From Oscillospiraceae bacterium (GTDB lineage Bacteria; Bacillota; Clostridia; Oscillospirales; Ruminococcaceae), in assembly GCA_016298065.1 (NCBI GenBank), contig JAEDDN010000003.1, forward strand, positions 48,281-112,280: a stretch of DNA of 64,000 nt, in the 5' to 3' direction. The position numbers were made by a program, and so were the translations under genes. Of the stretch, positions 31,346 through 39,742 are shown piece by piece; the stretch's first letter is position 1; each line of letters opens with the position of its first letter. The notes beneath the pieces were generated by a model that saw only the letters and a program-made list of their open reading frames with translations, was not told the DNA's origin and searched no databases.

Positions 31346-32656
31346 ATGGGACTTATTAAAGCAGGAATAGGCGCTTTGGGCGGTACCTTAGCTGACCAAT
31401 GGAAAGAATTTTTCTATTGTGAGGCTATGGATAAAAACGTTATGGTTACAAAAGGCCAAAAACGCACCTCAAACCGTTCCTCTAACACTAAAGGCAGTGA
31501 CAACATAATCACAAACGGTTCGGGAATTGCAGTAGCAGACGGACAGTGTATGATTATTGTTGAACAGGGAAAAGTAGTAGAGGTTTGTGCAGAACCGGGC
31601 GAATTTACATACGACGCCTCTACCGAGCCGAGTATTTTTTCGGGCTCTTTGGGCGACGGTATAAAAAAGACCTTTGCAACTATCGGTAAGCGTTTTACTT
31701 ACGGCGGTGACACAGGTAAAGACCAGCGTGTTTACTACTTTAACACAAAAGAGCTAATCGACAACAAATTCGGCACTCCGAATCCTATTCCGTTTAGAGT
31801 TGTGGATTCAAAGATCGGCTTGGACCTTGACGTATCGGTTCGCTGTTCGGGTGTTTATTCTTATAAAATCGCAGATCCGCTTCTTTTCTATACGAATGTT
31901 TGCGGAAATGTTGAAAGCGAATATACAAGAGATGAGCTTGACAGTCAGTTAAAGACCGAATTTATAAGCGCTTTACAGCCTGCGTTTGGCAAGCTTTCCG
32001 ATTTAGAGCTTCGTCCCAACCAGATTGTAACCCACAACACAGAACTTGAAAATGCTATGAATGAAGCGCTTTCTGCTAAGTGGGGCGAGCTTAGAGGATT
32101 AAAGGTTGTAAGCGTTGCGCTCGGTTCGGTTACCTTACCGGAAGAAGACGCAGAGCTTATTAAACAAGCACAGCGTACAGCTATTATGCGTGATCCTACT
32201 ATGGCTGCCGCAACCTTAACAGGTGCACAGGCAGACGCTATGAAGGCTGCCGCTTCAAATCAGGCAGGAGCTATGACCGGCTTTATGGGTATGGGTATGG
32301 CTATGAATGCAGGCGGTACAAACGCACAAAACTTATATGCTATGGGCCAGCAACAACAAGCCGGTCAACCTCAACAACCTGCACAGGCAGGCGGTTGGAA
32401 ATGCGCTTGCGGAGCTACCGTTAACGGTAACTTCTGCCCAAATTGCGGTGCTAAAAAGCCTGAAAACGACACTTGGACTTGTTCCTGCGGTACGGTAAAT
32501 AAGGGTAAATTCTGCTCAAACTGTGGCTCACAGAAGCCTCAAGGTGTAAAAACTTATAAGTGCAATAAGTGCGGTTGGGAACCTGAGGATCCCGCTAATC
32601 CACCTAAATTCTGTCCTGAATGCGGAGACGTATTCGATCAAAACGACGTAAAATAA
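31346..32656 (+). CDS. SPFH-domain protein with C-terminal triple zinc ribbon (COG4260, B. subtilis YdjI-like)
   Basis: The MGLIKAGIGALGGTLADQWKEFF N-terminus closely matches the YdjI family as I recall it. The C-terminus has CACG...CPNCG, CSCG...CSNCG, CNKCG...CPECG. Confidence 0.7.
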   Translation: MGLIKAGIGALGGTLADQWKEFFYCEAMDKNVMVTKGQKRTSNRSSNTKGSDNIITNGSGIAVADGQCMIIVEQGKVVEVCAEPGEFTYDASTEPSIFSGSLGDGIKKTFATIGKRFTYGGDTGKDQRVYYFNTKELIDNKFGTPNPIPFRVVDSKIGLDLDVSVRCSGVYSYKIADPLLFYTNVCGNVESEYTRDELDSQLKTEFISALQPAFGKLSDLELRPNQIVTHNTELENAMNEALSAKWGELRGLKVVSVALGSVTLPEEDAELIKQAQRTAIMRDPTMAAATLTGAQADAMKAAASNQAGAMTGFMGMGMAMNAGGTNAQNLYAMGQQQQAGQPQQPAQAGGWKCACGATVNGNFCPNCGAKKPENDTWTCSCGTVNKGKFCSNCGSQKPQGVKTYKCNKCGWEPEDPANPPKFCPECGDVFDQNDVK

Positions 32657-32713
32657 ATAAATAATTCATTATTTATTTTAAAATTAAATTTTTTCAATGG
32701 AGGTTTTTCAGTT

Positions 32714-33109
32714 ATGAAAGGCGAAAAATTCTTAAAAATCACAGGCATTCTCATGATCATCGGCGGTGCTCTCGGCATCATCTTCGGACTCCTTGCAGTT
32801 GTTGGAGTTGCTGCTTTGGCAAGTGCTGTTGAAGGCTCTGCAGGCGTACTTTATTTAGCTGCTTTCTTAGTTTTAGTTTCTGCTATTATCGAGCTTATTG
32901 CCGGTATCATGGGTGTTAAGTACTGCAAAGTACCCGAAAAAGCACAATCTTGCTTGGTAATCGGTATAGTAGTTGCAGTAATGAGCGTATTAGGTCAGAT
33001 CTTAAATGTAGTTGGCGGCAGCTCTTTCAGCGCTACCAGCCTCATAACAGGTCTTATCCTTCCTGTTCTTTACATTGTAGGCGCTGTACTCAACAAAAAA
33101 TCAGCATAA
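32714..33109 (+). CDS. Small membrane protein (4 TM), unknown function
   Basis: 131 aa hydrophobic, RBS GGAGG 8 nt upstream. Confidence 0.6.
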   Translation: MKGEKFLKITGILMIIGGALGIIFGLLAVVGVAALASAVEGSAGVLYLAAFLVLVSAIIELIAGIMGVKYCKVPEKAQSCLVIGIVVAVMSVLGQILNVVGGSSFSATSLITGLILPVLYIVGAVLNKKSA

Positions 33110-33294
33110 TATTTTTGATATAACAAAAACTTATAAGCTGTTTTTTGATGCTAAATATTTAATTTTAGCCAGGAAAACGTAAAAAAATAAAGGGGTGGCT
33201 TTGCTGAATATTAAGGTAAAGACGCCCCTTATTTTAAATAATCATAGTTAAAATATTTTTAAACTTATAAAATAAGGCGAGGAGATGATTTTTA

Positions 33295-34380
33295 ATGTCA
33301 ACATTACAAGAATATAAATGCCCTTGTTGCGGTGGAGCTATTGCATTTGACAGTGGGCTTCAAAAGATGAAATGCCCTTATTGTGACACCGAATTTGAAG
33401 TTGAATCGCTTTTAGGATACGACAAAGATTTAAATAGCGAGGGCGCGGAAAATTTAATATGGGAAACAAATCCCGGCTCACAGTGGCAGGAAGATGAAGC
33501 CGGAAATATTCGTTCTTACGTTTGTAAATCCTGCGGCGGTGAAATTATCGGCGACGAAAATACGGCGGCAACCTCTTGCCCGTATTGCGGTAATCCCGTT
33601 GTTATGATGCAGCAATTTACGGGTAACTTAAAGCCCGATTACATAATTCCGTTTAAGCTTGACAAAAATTCTGCCAAGCAAGGACTTTTAGGTCACTTGA
33701 TGAAAAAGAAGCTATTGCCTAAGGTATTTAAAGACGAAAATCACATTGACGAGGTAAAGGGTATCTATGTTCCGTTTTGGCTTTTTGACGCTGATGTAAA
33801 CGCCGATATACGTTACAGAGCGACTAAGGTACATTATTGGAGCGACAGCCGTTACGATTATACCGAAACAAGCTTTTATTCCATTTTCAGAAGCGGAAAT
33901 ATAGGCTTTGAGCATGTTCCTGTAGACGGCTCTTCAAAAATGCCCGATGATTTAATGGAATCGGTAGAGCCTTATAACTTTGCCGACGTAAAGGATTTCC
34001 AGACTGCTTACCTTGCAGGCTACGTTGCAGATAAATATGACGTAACTGCCGAGCAGAGTATCACCAGAGCAAACGAGCGCATTAAAACGAGTACCGAGCA
34101 ATCCTTTGCAAGTACTGTTCAAGGCTATGCTACCGTTACTCCCGAAGCAAGTAACGTAAGGCTTTCAAACGGCAAGGCAAAGTATGCGCTTTTCCCGATA
34201 TGGCTATTAAACACTACCTGGAAGGATAAGAAATACACCTTTGCAATGAACGGACAAACAGGTAAATTCGTAGGCGACTTACCTATGGATAAGGGTGCAT
34301 ATTGGAAATGGCGAGCTATTTATACGCTTATTTTTGCTGTTTTAATTTTTGGCGTAAGATGCCTTTTCCAGCTGTTTTAG
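33295..34380 (+). CDS. Double zinc-ribbon protein with C-terminal TM (YdjG-like)
   Basis: CPCCGG...CPYCD and CKSCGG...CPYCGN ribbons, C-terminal helix IYTLIFAVLIFGV, RBS GGAGATG. Confidence 0.55.
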   Translation: MSTLQEYKCPCCGGAIAFDSGLQKMKCPYCDTEFEVESLLGYDKDLNSEGAENLIWETNPGSQWQEDEAGNIRSYVCKSCGGEIIGDENTAATSCPYCGNPVVMMQQFTGNLKPDYIIPFKLDKNSAKQGLLGHLMKKKLLPKVFKDENHIDEVKGIYVPFWLFDADVNADIRYRATKVHYWSDSRYDYTETSFYSIFRSGNIGFEHVPVDGSSKMPDDLMESVEPYNFADVKDFQTAYLAGYVADKYDVTAEQSITRANERIKTSTEQSFASTVQGYATVTPEASNVRLSNGKAKYALFPIWLLNTTWKDKKYTFAMNGQTGKFVGDLPMDKGAYWKWRAIYTLIFAVLIFGVRCLFQLF

Positions 34381-34391
34381 GAGGATAGAAT

Positions 34392-35234
34392 ATGAAAAGA
34401 ATACTAACTTTAATTATGGCTTTTCTCCTTATGTTTAGCTTTTGTATTATGCCTGTAAGCGCAGACGAAACAGACGATTATACGACCGACGACCTCTTAG
34501 TTTATGAAAACGAAAGTCTGCCGAGGCTTGTAGACGACTACGACCTTTTAACCTATTCGGAAGAGGAAGAAATAACCGCTAAGCTTGATTCCATAAGCGA
34601 AAAACACAGCTGTGATGTTGTGATTGTAACGGTATATTCCTTGGACGGTAAAAGCGCTATGGAATACGCAGACGATTTTTATGATTATAACGGTTACGGT
34701 TTTGGTGACAGTAGTGACGGAATACTTTTATTGGTTTCAATGGAATACCGTGATTACTGGATTACAACAACAGGAAGTGCAATTACTGCCTTTACCGACG
34801 CAGGTCTCGATTACATAGAGGACGATTTTGTAAGCTATTTAAGCGACGGAGACTACTATACGGCATTTGATATTTTTGCAGAGGACTGCGATAAGTTTTT
34901 AACTCAGGCCGAAACCGATGAGCCGTATGATTACGGGAATATGCCTAAAGAGCCGATGAATATACCGCTTTGGATTTTAATTTCACTGGCGCTTGCGAGC
35001 CTTGTTACCTGCATACCGATGGGTATACTCAGAGCACAAATCAAAAACGTAAGGTCTAAGGCAAATGCCTCCGATTATGTAAAGCAGGGAAGTATGAGCC
35101 TTACAGAAAGTAGAGATCAGTTTCTTTATAGACACGTCGACCGCAGACTTAAACCGCAGAATTCCGGCGGCGGAAGCAGTACACACTTTGGCTCGTCGGG
35201 CACTTCGCACGGCGGCTCAGGCGGAAAGTTTTAA
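34392..35234 (+). CDS. TPM-domain (TLP18.3/Psb32/MOLO-1) membrane protein with Gly/Ser-rich tail (YdjH-like)
   Basis: Signal peptide. The VVIVTVYSLDG...GILLLVSMEYRDYWITTTGSAI core is a typical TPM domain. TM follows, then a GGGSS tail. Confidence 0.7.
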   Translation: MKRILTLIMAFLLMFSFCIMPVSADETDDYTTDDLLVYENESLPRLVDDYDLLTYSEEEEITAKLDSISEKHSCDVVIVTVYSLDGKSAMEYADDFYDYNGYGFGDSSDGILLLVSMEYRDYWITTTGSAITAFTDAGLDYIEDDFVSYLSDGDYYTAFDIFAEDCDKFLTQAETDEPYDYGNMPKEPMNIPLWILISLALASLVTCIPMGILRAQIKNVRSKANASDYVKQGSMSLTESRDQFLYRHVDRRLKPQNSGGGSSTHFGSSGTSHGGSGGKF

Positions 35235-35272
35235 CCTAAAGGATATTTTAGTGCCTGTTTGGAGTTTTATTT

Positions 35273-35908
35273 ATGACCAAAAAACAACGTGCCATATTAC
35301 TTATAGATAATTTAAAAAAGCTTTATCCAAAGGCTTTGTGTTCGCTCGAATACAAAAAACCGTATGAGCTTCTTATTGCGACAAGACTTTCCGCACAGTG
35401 TACGGATGCACGGGTTAATATCGTTACAAAGGAGCTTTTCGGTAAATATAAAAGCTTAGACGAGCTTAAAGACGCACCTTACGAGGATATAGAAAGAATA
35501 GTAAGGCCGTGCGGACTCGGGAAAACAAAGGCAAAAGATGTAATTTTAATAGCTAAAGATTTGACCGAGAAGTTTAACTATACCGTTCCCGATACTATGG
35601 AGGAATTAACCTCGCTTTCGGGAGTGGGAAGAAAAACCGCAAATCTTATATTAGGCGATATATACGGCAAGCCCGCAATCGTTACCGACACGCACTGTAT
35701 AAGAATTACCGGCAGAATAGGGCTTGTTACTTCTACTTCACCCGCTATAGTCGAAAAACAGCTTAGGGCTATAGTGCCGGATGACGAAGGCTCAGATATG
35801 TGCCATCGACTCGTGCTTTTCGGGCGTGAGTACTGCAAGGCAAGAAATCCTATGTGTGATGAGTGCATAATGGGAGACTTTTGTAAAAATAAGCCCAAAA
35901 AGCAGTAA
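35273..35908 (+). CDS. nth: Endonuclease III
   Basis: 211 aa, HhH-GPD LxGVGRKTA and C-terminal 4Fe-4S CX6CX2CX5C. Confidence 0.9.
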   Translation: MTKKQRAILLIDNLKKLYPKALCSLEYKKPYELLIATRLSAQCTDARVNIVTKELFGKYKSLDELKDAPYEDIERIVRPCGLGKTKAKDVILIAKDLTEKFNYTVPDTMEELTSLSGVGRKTANLILGDIYGKPAIVTDTHCIRITGRIGLVTSTSPAIVEKQLRAIVPDDEGSDMCHRLVLFGREYCKARNPMCDECIMGDFCKNKPKKQ

Positions 35909-35914
35909 AAAAGG

Positions 35915-35943
35915 TATTGACAACCGCTTAATGTTTTGCTAAA
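35915..35943 (+). promoter_or_regulatory. Putative sigmaA promoter of rpsF-ssb-rpsR (TTGACA-17-TAAAAT)
   Basis: Consensus -35 with 17-bp spacer, ~65 nt upstream of rpsF. Confidence 0.45.
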
Positions 35944-36009
35944 ATTATTCTGTTATCCTTGCTCTATGTATATCATAGGGCCAAAGACCAAAAGGAGGTG
36001 CTAAATGTT

Positions 36010-36309
36010 ATGGCTAAATTACAACAAAGCTATGAGTCAATAATCATTTTAAGTACAAAGTTGAGTGAGGAAGAAGTTAAGGCATTGGTTGAAAAAATCT
36101 CTGCTGTAATTTCTAAAAACGCAACTCTTGATTCTGTTGACGAATGGGGTAAACGCAGATTAGCTTATGCTATTAACTACGAGACAGAGGGCTATTATGT
36201 ACTGTTTAACTTTACATCTGCTCCTGATTTTCCGGCTGAGCTGGACCGTATTTATAACATAACTGACGGTGTTATCCGTTCAATGATTATCGCTAAGGAA
36301 GAAAAGTAA
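36010..36309 (+). CDS. rpsF: 30S ribosomal protein S6
   Basis: Start moved to ATG 36010 (RBS GGAGGTG at 35994). MAKLQQSYESIIIL N-terminus. Confidence 0.9.
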   Translation: MAKLQQSYESIIILSTKLSEEEVKALVEKISAVISKNATLDSVDEWGKRRLAYAINYETEGYYVLFNFTSAPDFPAELDRIYNITDGVIRSMIIAKEEK

Positions 36310-36324
36310 TAGGGGTGGCAAATT

Positions 36325-36768
36325 ATGTTAAACAGAGCTATTCTTATGGGACGCTTAGCAGCGGATCCTGAACTCAGACAAACGCCAAGCGGAGTTAATG
36401 TCGCAACCTTCAGACTTGCAGTAAACCGTACCTACAACAGAGAGCAAACCGACTGGATTGACATTGTTGCATGGCGTCAGCAAGCGGAGTTTGTAAGCAA
36501 ATACTTTAAAAAAGGACAGCTTGTTGCTGTTGAAGGAAGTATTCAGACAAGAAACTATGAAGACCGAAACGGCAATAAGAGAGTTGCAGTTGAGGTAGTG
36601 GCTGATCAGGTTCACTTTGCAGAATCAAAAAATCCGGGCGCAAGAACCGAAAGCAGTAATTTTGCCGTTCCCGAAGAAATCGAAGAGCCCGCAGGTTCCG
36701 GATTTTCTATCGGCGATATAGGCGATTACGAGGAAGTTGACGCCGACGACGGTCAGTTGCCGTTTTAA
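36325..36768 (+). CDS. ssb: Single-stranded DNA-binding protein
   Basis: OB fold, acidic tail ending DDGQLPF. Confidence 0.9.
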   Translation: MLNRAILMGRLAADPELRQTPSGVNVATFRLAVNRTYNREQTDWIDIVAWRQQAEFVSKYFKKGQLVAVEGSIQTRNYEDRNGNKRVAVEVVADQVHFAESKNPGARTESSNFAVPEEIEEPAGSGFSIGDIGDYEEVDADDGQLPF

Positions 36769-36792
36769 CCTAAACCAAGGAGGTACTTAAAA

Positions 36793-37029
36793 ATGGAAAG
36801 AACTAATAATCGTGGTAAACGCACACGCAAAAAGGTTTGTGCTTTTTGTGTAGATAAAGTTACCGAGATTGATTATAAAGATGTTCCTAAGCTGAGAAGA
36901 TATTTATCCGAAAGAGGTAAAATCGTTCCGAGACGTGTTACAGGCACATGTGCAAGACACCAACGTCAGCTTACAACAGCTATTAAAAGAGCAAGACACG
37001 TTGCTTTGTTACCTTATGTAAGTGAATAA
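36793..37029 (+). CDS. rpsR: 30S ribosomal protein S18
   Basis: 78 aa, conserved S18 sequence. Confidence 0.9.
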   Translation: MERTNNRGKRTRKKVCAFCVDKVTEIDYKDVPKLRRYLSERGKIVPRRVTGTCARHQRQLTTAIKRARHVALLPYVSE

Positions 37030-37040
37030 TACTTTTTAAA

Positions 37041-37069
37041 AAGACCTTGTGTTACACAAGGTCTTTTAT
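37041..37069 (+). terminator. Intrinsic terminator (AAGACCTTGTG-TTA-CACAAGGTCTT-TT)
   Basis: 11-bp perfect stem after rpsR. Confidence 0.8.
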
Positions 37070-37114
37070 TATAATAAAATAAAGAGTATACTTTTTAAAA
37101 GAGGGGATAGTATA

Positions 37115-37861
37115 ATGGCAATAGGTATTATTTGTGCAATTTCAGAGGAAATAGATTTATTAAAAAAGGACATAACGCTAAAAAGCAAAACCCTTATCGC
37201 AAACCGAGAATTTTTCGAGGGTACTCTTTACGGCAAAGAGGTGGTACTTGTAAAATCGGCTATCGGTAAGGTTGCTTCGACTATGACCGCTACGATTTTA
37301 ATAAATAACTTTGAGGTAGAAAGCGTAATTTTCTGCGGAGTTGCAGGTGCGCTTGACAAGGATTTAAACGTAGGAGACGTAGTTATAGGCGATAAATCTG
37401 TACAGCACGATTACTATACTCCTGTATACCCTGATTTTTATCTTGACTCAATCGGTATAAGCTACATACCGTCCGACAGAGAGCTTTGCAGTAAAGCTTA
37501 TGACAGCGCAAAGCTTTATATAGAAAAGGAACTTAAAAGCGATATACCGCAAAAATATCTTGATTTGTTTCATATAAATAACCCTAAGGTTGTGGTGGGT
37601 ACTGTGGCTTCGGGAGATCAGTTTATAGACGACAGTAAGGTAAGCTTAAATCTCTCAGAAAAAGTGGAGAACGCTAAGTGCGTCGAAATGGAGGGCGCTG
37701 CGGTAGCGCAGGTATGCTATGAATTTAAAATACCTTATGTTGTAATAAGGGTTATCTCAGACAGCGCAAATGACGACGCAAACGTTGATTTTATTACCTT
37801 TGTCGAGGAGGCTGCCTGCCACTTTACAAGAGGAACGATAAAGGCGATATTAAAGGGCTAA
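37115..37861 (+). CDS. mtnN: 5'-methylthioadenosine/S-adenosylhomocysteine nucleosidase
   Basis: Start moved to ATG 37115 (RBS AGAGGGGA). MAIGIICAISEE N-terminus, PNP/UDP fold motifs. Confidence 0.85.
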   Translation: MAIGIICAISEEIDLLKKDITLKSKTLIANREFFEGTLYGKEVVLVKSAIGKVASTMTATILINNFEVESVIFCGVAGALDKDLNVGDVVIGDKSVQHDYYTPVYPDFYLDSIGISYIPSDRELCSKAYDSAKLYIEKELKSDIPQKYLDLFHINNPKVVVGTVASGDQFIDDSKVSLNLSEKVENAKCVEMEGAAVAQVCYEFKIPYVVIRVISDSANDDANVDFITFVEEAACHFTRGTIKAILKG

Positions 37862-37968
37862 AATTCTCATTAAATATTTAACGGTTTATACATAAAAATA
37901 TCATTGAAATTTATATCGGTATTTGGTACAATAAAATTAAAGTAATAAATATTTGGGGAGTGATAGTT

Positions 37969-38109
37969 GTGAAAAAGTTTTTAAAGGTCATTACAATTAT
38001 AGCGGCAGCTATTGTGATATTCAGAGCAGTACAGATAATAGCAGATTACATTTATGAAACCTATGTAAAAAAATATATCGCAACCGAAATATCCGATCTT
38101 AACGACTGA
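37969..38109 (+). CDS. Unannotated 46-aa membrane peptide (GTG start)
   Basis: RBS GGGGAGTGA 6-9 nt upstream. Hydrophobic VKKFLKVITIIAAAIVIF. A strong terminator lies 20 nt downstream. Below the 60-aa track cutoff. Confidence 0.35.
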   Translation: MKKFLKVITIIAAAIVIFRAVQIIADYIYETYVKKYIATEISDLND

Positions 38110-38130
38110 TAAAAAGTAAATAAAATATTT

Positions 38131-38166
38131 GCGGACTGTCTTTATAAAGACAGTCCGCTTTTTTGT
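38131..38166 (+). terminator. Intrinsic terminator (GCGGACTGTCTTT-ATAA-AGACAGTCCGC-TTTTTT)
   Basis: Perfect 11-13 bp stem plus T6. Confidence 0.85.
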
Positions 38167-38330
38167 TTAAACTTTTGGAGTTTGCAGGGCTTGTAAATAA
38201 CACCCGTTATATCTTATTTATCCTTAGGGTAGTAATGAATAAATTTTAAATTTTACAATTTTATTTACAGCTAATTAAAAAAATAGTATTCTGTAAATGT
38301 AACGTAAAGATTTTAAGGGGATTAAAGGGT

Positions 38331-39623
38331 ATGTATAATATAGAAAAACTCTCGGATATGATAAAACAAAATAAATTCAACGAATGTTTTGAAAAGCTAT
38401 ACGGCGCCGAGCAAATCCCTTATCAGAAAAATAGATATCTTAATACTCTTAATGCTTTTAAAAAGCACTTTCCGGAATGTGAAAATGTCGGTATTTTTTC
38501 GGTGCCGGGCAGAACCGAGATAGGCGGTAACCATACCGACCACCAACACGGTGCGGTTTTAGCAGGAGCAATAGATAAGGATATAATAGCGGTAGCGTCA
38601 ATTAACGGCGATAATGTAATAAGAATAAGAAGTGACGCTCTTGCCGATAATAACGTTTGTATAAGCGATTTAAATACGCAAAAAGCCAAAAAGCAAACTT
38701 CAGATGCGCTGATAGAGGGCGTATCGGCAAGACTTTTTGAGCTTGGTGCGAATGTGGGAGGCTTTAATGCAGTTACCTCGTCCGATATACCGATAGGCAG
38801 CGGACTTTCTTCCTCCGCCGCCTTTGAGGTGCTTATAGGGCTTATGATAAATTCGCTTTATAACTTTTCGTCTTTATCAGAGCTTACACTCGCAAAGGCG
38901 GCAAGATATGCGGAAAATGTATACTTCGGCAAAAGCTGTGTGCTTATGGATCAGCTGGTGTGTGCGCTCGGCGGAATTTGCGCAATAGACTTTAAGGACA
39001 GCGAAAACCCGGAATATAAAAAAATAAACTATGACTTTGAAAAGTCCGGCTACAGCCCCGTGATTGTCAACACCTTCTCCTGCCATAAGGGTTTAAGCGA
39101 GGAGTATTCTCTGATACCTTATGAGATGGGTAAGGTAGCTTAGTTTTTCGGCAAGCAATATTTAAGAGAAGTGGACGAGGAAAAGTTTTTTGGCAGTATT
39201 AAAACATTAAGAAAAACAGCAGGAGATAGGGCAATACTAAGAGCCATGCACTTTTTTTCGGAAAACAAAAATGCCAAAGCTCAGACTAAAGCACTTGAAT
39301 CGGGGGATTTTAACGAGTTTTTGAGGTTATTTAAAAAGTCGGGAGATTCTTCATATAAATATCTGCAAAATATTTATCTGCCCTCCTCGCCTTTAAACGA
39401 AGACTTAGCCTTAGCGCTCGCTTTAGGCGAAAACGTACTCGGCGATTTGGGCGTATGCAGAGTTCACGGCGGAGGCTTTGCGGGAACAATACAAGCTATG
39501 GTGCCGAATGAAAAGCTTAAAATTTACAGCGAAAAATTAACTGCTGTTTTTGGCGTAAAAAGCGTTATACCGATAAAAATAAGACAGTACGGCTTAATAG
39601 AGTTAAGCGATAAATTAAACTAA
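38331..39623 (+). pseudogene. GalK-family GHMP sugar kinase interrupted by an in-frame TAG at 39141-39143
   Basis: N-terminal PGRTEIGGNHTD (GalK signature region), PIGSGLSSSAA (GHMP motif) and C-terminal GGGFAGT. The two ORFs are in the same frame, separated only by a TAG. TAG is a bona fide stop elsewhere (rsmH, priA, def). Confidence 0.6.
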
Positions 39624-39742
39624 ACGGCAAAAAGTTTAAGGCACATTTAAAATTTGCATTTTACGTCGAAAAATGGTATACTAAAATGACATATTTTTAT
39701 ATATTGGGCTTTAAAGCGTATATGGGGAGGACATAGCGTATA

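Noticed and set aside
39141-39143. Programmed recoding (pyrrolysine, or TAG reassignment as in some phages) at the in-frame TAG of the GalK-like gene
   Set aside because: TAG terminates rsmH, priA and def in the same window with correct C-termini, so the host decodes TAG as stop. A kinase has no precedent for Pyl. A nonsense mutation or sequencing error is the simpler explanation.
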